Source: Coleofasciculus sp. B1-GNL1-01
Lineage (GTDB): Bacteria > Cyanobacteriota > Cyanobacteriia > Cyanobacteriales > Coleofasciculaceae
NCBI GenBank assembly: GCA_040220235.1
Contig: JAVJTO010000132.1
Strand: one strand, 5' to 3'
DNA length: 64,000 nt
This document shows, one piece after another, positions 8,824 to 18,145 of this stretch. Numbering within the stretch: position 1 is the first letter of the stretch; the number at the start of each line of letters is the position of its first letter. The notes under the pieces were generated by a model, which saw only the letters and a program-made list of their open reading frames with translations, ran no database searches and had not been told where the DNA came from. Both the position numbers and the translations under genes were made by a program.

Positions 8824-10310
8824 CGACGATAACTTATTGCAAAGGCTTGCCAACTCCCGCCGATGAACTTAACCCCATCGGTTTCACCGAATTGGAAATG
8901 TTTTTAACGTCATTGTCCGATATATTTTATCAAGCAACAGTTGAAACAGTTAACCAGTTATTAAATCAAGAAATCAAGTTTAATCAATCCAGTTGGAATA
9001 GTCATATTCAAGAGAAATACGGACTCAGTAAGCGTTATGCTAACGGAGTAATTGCATTAGCTAGAGGAAAAACTTCCTCAGCCAAAGAATGTAGAAAGCG
9101 CCAGATAAAGCAATTAGAATCACGAGTTCAGTCAGCGGAATCTTGGGTAGCCAAAGCCACAAAGAAAATTAAGTTGGCTCGGAAGTTCTATGGAAAAAAG
9201 AACTGGCAAGCCTCCCAAAAAGGTTGTAATTTCCCCTTGTCGTCAAACCTCAAGACAAGAAAAACTAACTGGCATCATCTGCGTCAAGGTCGGCATCATA
9301 AAAAGCGATATATCCACCGACTTCAAAATCAAATTAAACATCTGAAATCGGCGACAATTAGAGTGAAGGTATCCAGAGGGTCAGTATTTATTGTTGGTTC
9401 CAAGGATGAAAGTTATGGGAATCAAACTTGTCAATGGTCTGGGGATACGCTCAAATTGAGAGTTCCCGATTGTCTTTTAGCCAAATTTGGGAAATATGTC
9501 ACATCAAAAATTGGCAGCTTCTCCAGAAAGATTAATAGATTACCCAATAGTGGTGCGAAAACATGGCACTTCTATAGAAAGGATAATCGCTGGGTTATTG
9601 CTGTTCAATTCACGCCCGCAGCGGTGGAGAAAGTTAGTCGAGAAATTAAGTATGGTGCCTTGGGTATCGATTTAAATCCTAGTTCTATCGGTTGGGCTTA
9701 TGTTGATGGTCAAGGAAATTTAAAAGCGCAGGGAACTCTTCCTTTTCAGACGGGTTTACCTAAAGGTAAACAAGATGCTCAACTTGTCGATGTTTGTTTG
9801 AAATTGGCAGCTTTAGCCAGGGATTTTAAGATCCCTGTTCTGTGCGAAAACTTAGATTTTTCGAGAAAAAAAGCTCAACTTAGAGAGCGAACGAAAAAAT
9901 ATGCTCGAATGCTTTCTGCCTGGGCATACAGTCGTTTTTATCAGATTTTGTCATCGATTTTATCCAACCGAGGAATAACTCTTGTGTTTGTCAATCCAGC
10001 TTACACGAGTTTGATCGGCTGTGTTAAATATAGTCGGATGTATGGACTATCATCTGATGTGGCAGCGGCCCTAGCAATTGCCAGAAGAGGCATGAACTTA
10101 AGAGAGAGATTGCCGCGCTCTTTGTCCGCCTATCTCGGAGTGAATCCGAGAAAGCACGTATGGAGCGCTCTATATCAACTTAATAATTTTATTGGTCGAT
10201 GCCCTGTAGTCAATCGTAGACACGATTACTACGGCGTCTCTAACTGGGAACCGTTGGTTAAGGCTGATATCGAGCAACAATGCCGGGTATCAGCCAAGCG
10301 CAAGCGTTAA
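8820..10310 (+). CDS. tnpB: TnpB-related RNA-guided RuvC nuclease (496 aa, no Zn finger)
   Basis: RuvC-I GIDLN, RuvC-II CENLDF, VNPAYTS, RuvC-III SSDVAAALAIARRG; long basic coiled-coil N-half; lies downstream of tnpA remnant. Confidence 0.85.
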   Translation: MTTITYCKGLPTPADELNPIGFTELEMFLTSLSDIFYQATVETVNQLLNQEIKFNQSSWNSHIQEKYGLSKRYANGVIALARGKTSSAKECRKRQIKQLESRVQSAESWVAKATKKIKLARKFYGKKNWQASQKGCNFPLSSNLKTRKTNWHHLRQGRHHKKRYIHRLQNQIKHLKSATIRVKVSRGSVFIVGSKDESYGNQTCQWSGDTLKLRVPDCLLAKFGKYVTSKIGSFSRKINRLPNSGAKTWHFYRKDNRWVIAVQFTPAAVEKVSREIKYGALGIDLNPSSIGWAYVDGQGNLKAQGTLPFQTGLPKGKQDAQLVDVCLKLAALARDFKIPVLCENLDFSRKKAQLRERTKKYARMLSAWAYSRFYQILSSILSNRGITLVFVNPAYTSLIGCVKYSRMYGLSSDVAAALAIARRGMNLRERLPRSLSAYLGVNPRKHVWSALYQLNNFIGRCPVVNRRHDYYGVSNWEPLVKADIEQQCRVSAKRKR

Positions 10311-10414
10311 CGGTTATCGACCAAAAGTTACACCGTGGACTTATACCAAGGCAGAATTACTGATGGGTAGGTTTGTCTAGGTTTTTAGAAGCGGTTTGTG
10401 GATGAGCCAACCAA
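10201..10414 (+). ncRNA. Predicted omega-RNA scaffold (10201-10394) plus guide from right flank
   Basis: Hairpin GTAGT/AATCGT-AGAC-ACGATT/ACTAC (10201-10235); nested stems AACCGTTGG/TTAACGGTT and GGCTGATATC/GGTATCAGCC whose G-U pairs work on the + strand; position matches TnpB omega-RNA convention. Confidence 0.6.
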
Positions 10415-10709
10415 GTGGAATGTGATCGCGGCGTGTGATATTTTAGTTATGCCATCGCCTTATGAAAGTCTTTCTATGGTATTGTTAGAAGCCTGGGCAG
10501 TCGGTAAGCCAGTTCTCGTTAATGGGGGATGCGATGTTTTAGTGGGACAGTGTAGGAGGCCGCAAGGAGGATTTTGGTATAAGAATAAGGATGAATTTAT
10601 TGTGGCTGTAGACATGATCCAAAATTCCGTCAGCTCTCAGTTGGGATGACAAGGGCAACGGTTTGTTAAAATGCATTATGTTATGTCAAAGATCGAGCTT
10701 GATTATTTA
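10395..10709 (+). pseudogene. 3' part of a second GT4 gene, split by IS607, with premature stop
   Basis: Joins 8489-8524 (PIPQHPDILALG) to FVDEPTKW...MPSPYESLSMVLLEAW; TGA at 10647, then GT4-like QGQRFVKMHY...IELDYL continues in frame. Confidence 0.75.
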
Positions 10710-10734
10710 ATCATATTTCCCCAAAAGTATCCCT

Positions 10735-11718
10735 ATGTCAGAAATCACGGATAACTCTAGAAATAGTAATTTTTTTGTGATTCTAATTCCGGTGTTTAAT
10801 GACTGGAATTCTTTAGAGGTATTGCTTATCCATTTAGAGAAAGTTTTTGAAAATGAAACTATTAAAGCTGAAATAATAGCTGTAGATGATGCGTCTAATA
10901 TAGCTATTCATGAAAATTTTATCAGTTTTAAATTGACAGCAATAAAAAAAATTAGTATTTTAGAGTTAAGGAGAAATGTGGGACATCAGCGAGCAATTGC
11001 TATAGGACTAGCATACATAGAAGAGAATATAGCCTGTAAAGCGATTATAATTATGGATGGGGATGGAGAAGATTCCCCACTAGATGTCATTCGGTTAATT
11101 AAAAAATGTGAAACAGAACAATATAGAAAAGTAGTTTTTGCTAGACGAAGTAAACGTTCTGAGGGTTTTATATTTAAGTTGTTTTATGTGATTTATAAAA
11201 ACTTGTATAAATTTTTAACAGGTCAAGAAATTAGGGTAGGAAACTTTAGTATTATACCTCGCAAAATCTTGTGTAGACTTGTCGCTGTATCAGAGATATG
11301 GAATCACTACGCTGCAGGCGTTTTAAAAGCAAAAGTTCCTTGCACAGATATTTATAGCCAACGAGGGAAGCGTCTTTCTGGAAAGTCTCAAATGAATTTT
11401 GTACAACTTGTAATTCATGGACTCAGTGCTATTTCTGTGTACGCGGATATTGTAGGAATAAGATTATTGTTTATCTCTTGTTTGCTTATAGTCATGAGTT
11501 TAATTTTTATTTTGGTAGTTGTGGGCATTAAGTTGCTCACTGAGTTGGCAATTCCGGGTTGGACTTCTTATATTGTAGCCTTGTTGTTTATAGTATTCAT
11601 GCAAGGGTTTATGCTATCTATGATTTTTGTTTTTGTCGTTTTAACAGGAAGGAATAATCTGGGTTGTATACCAAAAAGAGATTACCGATATTTTGTTTTG
11701 GAAGCTAAAGAATTATGA
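10735..11718 (+). CDS. GT2 polyprenol-phosphate glycosyltransferase (GtrB-like)
   Basis: IPVFND, VDDAS, RNVGHQRAI, MDGDGED, two C-terminal TMs; AT-rich. Confidence 0.85.
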   Translation: MSEITDNSRNSNFFVILIPVFNDWNSLEVLLIHLEKVFENETIKAEIIAVDDASNIAIHENFISFKLTAIKKISILELRRNVGHQRAIAIGLAYIEENIACKAIIIMDGDGEDSPLDVIRLIKKCETEQYRKVVFARRSKRSEGFIFKLFYVIYKNLYKFLTGQEIRVGNFSIIPRKILCRLVAVSEIWNHYAAGVLKAKVPCTDIYSQRGKRLSGKSQMNFVQLVIHGLSAISVYADIVGIRLLFISCLLIVMSLIFILVVVGIKLLTELAIPGWTSYIVALLFIVFMQGFMLSMIFVFVVLTGRNNLGCIPKRDYRYFVLEAKEL

Positions 11719-12422
11719 ATAATTTTCATTACGTAGGCTCAGAACTTAGATTATTTAGTGAAGCTCAGAATTGGAAGGCTTATTACGCCAGTATTATTAG
11801 ACAGTATTTAGGTAGTGAGGTATTGGAGGTAGGCGCTGGTATTGGCACTACGACTGAAAGGCTGTGTCAAAGAAATGAAAAACGTTGGATTTGCCTTGAA
11901 CCTGATCCTGTTCTAGTCAAGATATTGGAGTCCTCACTTCAAAAAAACTCGCTGTTAAGTTGCTGTGAAATTAGAAATGGTATTATATCAGATTTAAGCG
12001 CAGATGAACGATTTGATTCAATCCTCTATATTGATGTACTTGAGCATATAAAAGATGACATAAATGAGACTAGACTAGCAGTCAATCACCTGAATAAAGG
12101 AGGATTATTAATAATCCTGGTTCCTGCTTATCAATGGCTTTATACTCCTTTTGATTCATCTATAGGTCATTATCGCCGTTACAATAAAAACACGTTATCG
12201 AAGACTATTCCATCTTCTCTCAAGGTAGTATATTTAAATTATCTAGACTGTGCTGGCTTACTGGCTTCTATAAGCAATCGTTTAATTCTAAAGAGTAAAA
12301 TGCCAAATCGAAGGCAAATTTTAGTTTGGGATAGATATATGATTCCAATTTCACGTACACTAGATTCTCTCATTTTACATTCTTTTGGTAAATCAATATT
12401 GGGTATTTGGCGTAAACAATGA
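11715..12422 (+). CDS. Class I SAM-dependent methyltransferase
   Basis: VLEVGAGIG, FDSILYIDVLEHI, VPAYQWLY..FD..IGHYRRY. Confidence 0.85.
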   Translation: MNNFHYVGSELRLFSEAQNWKAYYASIIRQYLGSEVLEVGAGIGTTTERLCQRNEKRWICLEPDPVLVKILESSLQKNSLLSCCEIRNGIISDLSADERFDSILYIDVLEHIKDDINETRLAVNHLNKGGLLIILVPAYQWLYTPFDSSIGHYRRYNKNTLSKTIPSSLKVVYLNYLDCAGLLASISNRLILKSKMPNRRQILVWDRYMIPISRTLDSLILHSFGKSILGIWRKQ

Positions 12423-14731
12423 AGAAAAGTGCATACGTATTAAAAACATCAGCTTTTATTGCCATAACAACTATCATTGGCTTTCTTTTTTCAGTTTTAG
12501 TCATTAAAAATTTTTCTGACCCATTGGCAGGAGGTGGAGACTTAGATTATTGGGAATATACGGGTTTTTATCTAAGTGAAAATTTTAGTATATTCCCATT
12601 TCCTCATTTAGACTTACTCAATAATCAATCATTCTATCCCTATGGAGTTGAGCAAGTTTTTCAACCTTGGTCACTTGAAAGAGATTTTATATATGCAATA
12701 TGCTATAAACTTTTTGGCTTAGGTGCATGGCTACAGTTTTACTATCTCGCATCAGTTCTTTTGACAGCAATAGGATCATTTCTTCTTTTAGCAAAAGATT
12801 ATGGTTTCGTTCGTGCTAGCTGGTTTGGAATTGTCGTTTCTTTTTGTAATTTTTATGCCATTCATAAATATCCAGTTCATCTCAGCTATTCTGTAATTCA
12901 CTGGATGGTTCTTGGTTTTGTGACTGACTTTATCTTAGTCAAGAAAATTGTATATAAAGAAAATGTTTCCTTAAAATTCGTTTTACTAAAAATCTGTTTT
13001 TGTCTTTTAGCATTAGGTCAAGAATTAGGCTATATAACCGGATATACTTTAATGTCTCTAAGTATATGCATGGTGTTTGTTATCTTTATTTTAGGGCATA
13101 GACATTACAATAATCCGTCAAGGCTCTTAAAAAAAATTTATTCTCAATTTATGACCTACAAACATGAGCTAATAGAATCTCCTCGTATTCATTTAGCGTT
13201 ACTCGGATTAATCTTTCTATTATCTTATATATACTTACCTTTAATTATTCAAATTTACAATCAAGCTAAAAGCTTTGATTTTACCGGAATCAATAATGGG
13301 GCTTGGTGGACTCATCCGGTGAGATTACTGATTCCTTATTTACCTTGGATAAACCCAGGACAACCTATTTTTACTCAAATCTTAAAGGATTCACCAACAG
13401 ATTTAGGGTCTGGTAGTACCGGTTGGTTTTTGTTAATATTGGGCATTACAGGTTTATGGCAAGCTCGTAAACAACGGATAATATTTATTCCTTTAGTTAT
13501 AATTTTTATTTCCTGTATTTTATATCACCCAGTTAACTTCCCCATCTTAAAATTATTTCCTTGGTTTACATTTAACAGAGTGCAAGGTCGCTGTACTGTT
13601 CTTTATCCGGTCATTTTAGGTCTTTTAAGTTTGCATATTGACTTTTCTGGATTGAAAAAATGGACAAAAAGCTTGATTTCAATCCTGTTAATATGTCTAT
13701 CTTGTATGGAAATATATATAGCTTATTCATTTAAATTTAACTATCAACCTTACTCTTTTGACAAAAATTTCTTTAGTTATATGAACCGGGTTAAACAGCA
13801 ACCTGGAGAAGCTGTACTTGATTGGCCATTTTGTGTAGTGGGAGGTAACGGTGTAGGAGCGGGAGAACTTTGCCCATATTATAAAAATGCCTCTGTTTTT
13901 TCCCTAAGAAGATTTCATCAAAAAAAGGTCATGGGTCAGTATTTTGGGCGGTTACATCCTGACCAAATTAAACCCTATCTTGACGCGGGTTGGAATAAAT
14001 TATTCTTTCCGGATAGTCCCGACATTTTTAAAGCAACTCGTCAAACTCGCTGTTTCAGTTCAAATGAATGGTCTTTTTTTACAGAATTTTATGCAGCCAA
14101 TGACTTTTCTGGAATTAATTTATATGTAGATTTGTTACCTGAAAACTGTGTGCAAGATTTTTATGAACGTTTTGGTCAACCAATAATAGAAACTCAGATA
14201 CCTTCGGCTGGTACAGTTAAATTTATTCCCAAAGATATAGCTTTAAAAAATCAAGTCAACTTAGCATTAGGGTCTAAGCTTAAATTTGAACCTTTGTTAG
14301 ACTTAGTTGAATTTAATTTACTTGAGAGTAGAAACCCATCTGGATTAACTATTACGGGGTTGAGCGAGATTGAGCAAGATCAAAAAAATAATAGATGGCG
14401 TTGGGGTCTTGGCCCAGAGACTCGACTAAGCTTTCAACTTTCTACTTCTCAAAAAATTGTATTGACTTTTAGTTTTCATAACCCCATTGATAATCAAGAA
14501 GTTTTGCTTGAAATTAATGGACAAGTGATTCGTAATTTTTTAGATATTTCAAAAGATACAGTCAAAAAAGAATTTATAGAGTTTTCTGGCAAAAAAGGAG
14601 TTAATAGTATTGTTTTTAAGTACAATGATTGGAACCATAATAATATTTCTTTTGCCCCAAAAGACCAACGCAACATGGCTATTTATTTTACAGAAATTAA
14701 ATCATTTTCTAATGTGCAGTATAATAAATAA
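12419..14731 (+). CDS. Polytopic membrane protein, probable GT-C-type glycosyltransferase with C-terminal periplasmic domain
   Basis: About 11 TM segments, acidic first loop (GGDLDY), C-terminal 'GLSEIE...RWRWG' beta-rich domain; coupled to GT2 and MTase by ATGA overlaps. Confidence 0.55.
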   Translation: MKKSAYVLKTSAFIAITTIIGFLFSVLVIKNFSDPLAGGGDLDYWEYTGFYLSENFSIFPFPHLDLLNNQSFYPYGVEQVFQPWSLERDFIYAICYKLFGLGAWLQFYYLASVLLTAIGSFLLLAKDYGFVRASWFGIVVSFCNFYAIHKYPVHLSYSVIHWMVLGFVTDFILVKKIVYKENVSLKFVLLKICFCLLALGQELGYITGYTLMSLSICMVFVIFILGHRHYNNPSRLLKKIYSQFMTYKHELIESPRIHLALLGLIFLLSYIYLPLIIQIYNQAKSFDFTGINNGAWWTHPVRLLIPYLPWINPGQPIFTQILKDSPTDLGSGSTGWFLLILGITGLWQARKQRIIFIPLVIIFISCILYHPVNFPILKLFPWFTFNRVQGRCTVLYPVILGLLSLHIDFSGLKKWTKSLISILLICLSCMEIYIAYSFKFNYQPYSFDKNFFSYMNRVKQQPGEAVLDWPFCVVGGNGVGAGELCPYYKNASVFSLRRFHQKKVMGQYFGRLHPDQIKPYLDAGWNKLFFPDSPDIFKATRQTRCFSSNEWSFFTEFYAANDFSGINLYVDLLPENCVQDFYERFGQPIIETQIPSAGTVKFIPKDIALKNQVNLALGSKLKFEPLLDLVEFNLLESRNPSGLTITGLSEIEQDQKNNRWRWGLGPETRLSFQLSTSQKIVLTFSFHNPIDNQEVLLEINGQVIRNFLDISKDTVKKEFIEFSGKKGVNSIVFKYNDWNHNNISFAPKDQRNMAIYFTEIKSFSNVQYNK

Positions 14732-14842
14732 TTTAGAGTCTGTTATTGTTTACAACTTTTTGTCTGATTTGTTTTATTTTATATCTAAAATTTTTATTCT
14801 CATGAAATTTCAAAATTATAGACATACAGTTTTCCATATTTA

Positions 14843-15056
14843 GGGTCTGCTGAATAAATCTTATGGTGGGGATCGGGAATAGGGAATAGGGAATGGGCAA
14901 TAGTTTCAAGCCTCTGTTAAGGTAAGATTTTGTCATCGCGGAGGCTTGCAATCCCAAGATTTTTAAACTAATGGTGTAAAAACCTTGCACTTGTTGGGTG
15001 TAAAAATAGCTTGAAACCCTTATTTTGTATGCCTTCCACACTCATGCAGCAAGCCC
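14843..15056 (+). mobile_element. 214-bp MITE, copy 1 (6-bp TSD TATTTA)
   Basis: TIRs GGGTCTGCTGAATAA / TCATGCAGCAAGCCC; TATTTA on both sides; inverted homolog at 43085-43298. Confidence 0.85.
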
Positions 15057-15104
15057 TATTTAATGTGATTTCAGTTAATAAATTCTTCAATCCGTCATTT
15101 AACC

Positions 15105-16268
15105 TTGTCTTCCCTCCTATTAGTCAACCTTTCCATCCTCTTTGCTCAACCCACTGGTATCGCGACTTATGCTGCCAATTTATTCCCCTACTTAAAACCC
15201 CTAAATCCCACCCTACTCATTTCCCCTCTCACGTCAAACCACTTTCCCCTCGCCTCTGACTTTTACAGCTACCCTGTTCCCGCCAACCTCAGCCCCGCCC
15301 ACGGAACAAAAGGACATTTCCGTCGCCTTTTATGGACTCAATTTCAACTTCCCCGCCTATACCACAGATCAAAATCTCAGTTACTTTTTTCTCCCATTCC
15401 CGAAGCGCCCCTCTATACCAATTGTCGCTACGTGGTAATGGTTCATGACCTAATACCACTGCGCTTTCCCAAACGCAACTCTCCCCTCACCCCCTACTTC
15501 CGTTACTATATCCCCCAAATCCTCACCCAAGCCCAACATATCCTCTGTAACTCCACCGCCACCGCCACAGACATTACCAACTTTTACCCCATCCCCGCCA
15601 CCAAAATCACACCCATTCCCCTAGCTTACGACGCCAACCACTTTCGCCCCCTCTGCGCCCCTCTGCGCCAACCTCTGCGCCCCTCTGCATTTCCCAAACA
15701 TCCCGATGAAGCAACTTCAACTTCAGCTAACGATAACCCCTATTTCCTCTACATCGGACGCCATGACCCTTATAAAAACCTATACCGATTGATCAACGCC
15801 TTTGCCACTCTACCCAATAGGGGTGATTATGAACTGTGGATTGCGGGGTCTAGTGATAAACGGTACACCCCTAAACTTCAATCCCAAGCCAACCACCTCG
15901 GCTTAAGCCATCACGTCAAATTTCTAGATTATGTTCCCTACAACCAACTCCCCATACTTCTAAATAACGCGATCGCACTCATCTTTCCCAGTCTCTGGGA
16001 AGGCTTTGGACTCCCAGTTCTAGAAGCCATGGCGTGTGGGACTCCGGTAATCACCTCCAACCTCTCCGCCCTCCCAGAAGTATCTGGTGATGCAGCTATC
16101 CTAGTGAACCCTTACAACACCTCAGAACTCGCTGCCGCGATGCATTCTATCGCTACCGACACCCAACTGCGATCGCGCCTTAGCACCCTCGGACTTCAAC
16201 GCGCCCATCAATTTAGCTGGGCAAAAACTGGACAGCAAACGGTTGAAGTCCTGCAAAACTATCTTTAA
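15105..16268 (+). CDS. GT4 glycosyltransferase
   Basis: [37 protein letters not shown] start. Confidence 0.9.
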   Translation: MSSLLLVNLSILFAQPTGIATYAANLFPYLKPLNPTLLISPLTSNHFPLASDFYSYPVPANLSPAHGTKGHFRRLLWTQFQLPRLYHRSKSQLLFSPIPEAPLYTNCRYVVMVHDLIPLRFPKRNSPLTPYFRYYIPQILTQAQHILCNSTATATDITNFYPIPATKITPIPLAYDANHFRPLCAPLRQPLRPSAFPKHPDEATSTSANDNPYFLYIGRHDPYKNLYRLINAFATLPNRGDYELWIAGSSDKRYTPKLQSQANHLGLSHHVKFLDYVPYNQLPILLNNAIALIFPSLWEGFGLPVLEAMACGTPVITSNLSALPEVSGDAAILVNPYNTSELAAAMHSIATDTQLRSRLSTLGLQRAHQFSWAKTGQQTVEVLQNYL

Positions 16269-16341
16269 AAAAAAAGAGGGATTTACCCTCTGTTCAAACC
16301 CAAAAAATTCTTGGATATATAAACCTGTCCTGACACCGGAA

Positions 16342-17313
16342 TTACTCTTCTGTCGCTGACACAAACTCTTCTTCTTCAATCCCCTCTTCTTGAGATTCAG
16401 GATTAACGCCTTCCTGTTGTGCCAGCATTTTCTCCCGATACTTCTGAGCCATTTCTTCTGCCTGATCGTAGACTCGATCCCGATTGTTGATCATATCTCC
16501 CGGTTCAGGTTCCAACTGCTTCGTTGACAGCGAAATCCGACCGCGTTCGGCATCCAAGTCAATGATCATCACTTTCAATTCATCATTGACATTAAACACA
16601 CTATGAGGCGTGTCAATATGATCATGAGAAATTTCCGAAATGTGTAGCAATCCGCTCACACCACCAATATCAATGAACGCACCGTAAGGCTTAATACCCC
16701 GTACCGAACCAACGACCACTTCACCGACTTCTAAGCGGTTCATCTTGCGCTCAACCAAAGCGCGACGGTGAGAGAGAACCAGGCGGTTTCGGTCTTCGTC
16801 TACCTCTAAGAATTTCAGTGGCAGTTCTTCGCCGACTAAATCTTCTTTCGGTTTGCGAGTGCTAATGTGGGAACCGGGAATAAAACCCCGTAGCCCTTCA
16901 ATGCGAACTAGCGCCCCACCTCGGTTTGTGGCAAAAACCAAAGAACGAACGGTCGCGTCTTCAGTTTGAAGCTGGCGCACCCGCTCCCAAGCCCGCATAT
17001 ACTCAATGCGGCGAATGGAAAGGGTAAGTTGTCCATCTTCATTCTCGTCAGTCAAAATGAAAAATTCTCGCGTTTCATTTGACTGCAATACTTCTTCGGG
17101 AGCGTCAACCCGATTAATTGACATCTCCTGTATGGGAATATAAGCGGCGGTTTTAGCACCAATGTCAATCAGAGCGCCTCTTGGCTCCAGACTGAATACT
17201 GTACCTGCGACAATATCACCAGGGCTAAAGTGATAATCATATTTGTCCAGGAGGGCGGCAAAATCGTCGTGAGTGAAGCCAATATCTATTGTATTTGTGT
17301 TCTGACTGAGCAT
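16342..17313 (-). CDS. rpsA: 30S ribosomal protein S1 (cyanobacterial, 3 S1 domains)
   Basis: DIGFTHDDFAALLDKYDY, GALIDIGAK, GLRGFIPGSH, GLLHISEIS; start set at MLSQN. Confidence 0.95.
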   Translation of the reverse strand: MLSQNTNTIDIGFTHDDFAALLDKYDYHFSPGDIVAGTVFSLEPRGALIDIGAKTAAYIPIQEMSINRVDAPEEVLQSNETREFFILTDENEDGQLTLSIRRIEYMRAWERVRQLQTEDATVRSLVFATNRGGALVRIEGLRGFIPGSHISTRKPKEDLVGEELPLKFLEVDEDRNRLVLSHRRALVERKMNRLEVGEVVVGSVRGIKPYGAFIDIGGVSGLLHISEISHDHIDTPHSVFNVNDELKVMIIDLDAERGRISLSTKQLEPEPGDMINNRDRVYDQAEEMAQKYREKMLAQQEGVNPESQEEGIEEEEFVSATEE

Positions 17314-17572
17314 GTGCGTTGTGTTTCCTTGTTTAATCTCCGTAATGACTATGCCTCCTGTCGATGTACTCGCACGTCGGTATTGTGCCACCTACACCTA
17401 CATTGCTTTGTCTCAACCTTATTTTAAAATATTTAATAAAGTCCAGACAGGTAATTATAACTCAATCTGGATCGCCCTGTTGAGATCGAGAAGTATACAA
17501 AATTTCATAAAAATCGGCTATACTGAATCATGGTAATGATAAAACCGTTACCTGATCAGGGTTTAGCCCCTT

Positions 17573-18145
17573 TTATCGTAAAACCTGTTGTTCCTCTGAC
17601 GCAGGAGTGACTAAGTTAGCTGATGTCTCTGAATCATCCGACTCACTTGGAATAGCGGGTGGTACAGGCGATATTTCTGGGTTATCTAGTTCAGTATTAT
17701 TTCTGAGATGCTCTAGGGTTTCGATAAAATCGCGAATGCCCTGAAACTTTCGATAAACTGAGGCAAACCGGACATACGCTACTTCACTCTCGTGTCGCAG
17801 GTAGCGCAAGACTAACTCACCCACTTCATCACTGGTGACATCCCGCCCATAGTGCTGCTGAACTTCAGCTTCAATCTCATCGACTATCGCTTCTAGGCGT
17901 CGTTGGGAAACTCCTGTTTTCTCACAAGCCCGCACCATTCCCCGTAATAACTTAGAACGGTCGAAGGATTCTCGCTTACCATCCCGCTTCAGGACAGTAA
18001 TCGGCACAAATTCAATCCGCTCATAAGTCGTGAAGCGATGTTTACAAAGCAAACACTCCCGACGACGCCGAACACTTTGTCCTGCTTCTGTTGAACGAGA
18101 CTCCAAAACGCGGCTGTCGGTGTGCTGACAATAGGGGCATCGCAT
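17573..18145 (-). CDS. nrdR: Transcriptional repressor NrdR
   Basis: MRCPYC...SRVLESR...[18 protein letters not shown] cone, [11 protein letters not shown]. Confidence 0.95.
   Translation of the reverse strand: MRCPYCQHTDSRVLESRSTEAGQSVRRRRECLLCKHRFTTYERIEFVPITVLKRDGKRESFDRSKLLRGMVRACEKTGVSQRRLEAIVDEIEAEVQQHYGRDVTSDEVGELVLRYLRHESEVAYVRFASVYRKFQGIRDFIETLEHLRNNTELDNPEISPVPPAIPSESDDSETSANLVTPASEEQQVLR

Larger units (their letters stand above)
8525..10394 (+). mobile_element. IS607-family element (non-autonomous: decayed tnpA + intact tnpB)
   Basis: Bounded by GG on both sides (TTGGGG|TTCAC...AGAAGCGG|TTTGTG); removal restores an in-frame GT4 sequence; GACA motifs at 8550/8560/8570; CTAGACAA at left inverted as TTGTCTAG at right. 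Confidence 0.85.

Noticed and set aside
8820..10310. TnpB-like protein as a Cas12 effector
   Set aside because: No repeat-spacer array nearby; it lies inside IS607 ends behind a tnpA remnant
8525..10394. IStron (group I intron-IS607 fusion), since it interrupts a gene
   Set aside because: Only ~70 nt between left end and tnpA ATG, too short for a group I ribozyme; host gene is otherwise broken
14610..15259. ORFs 14610-14843, 14733-15041, 15011-15259
   Set aside because: Overlap the MITE or are off-frame to real genes; no protein motifs
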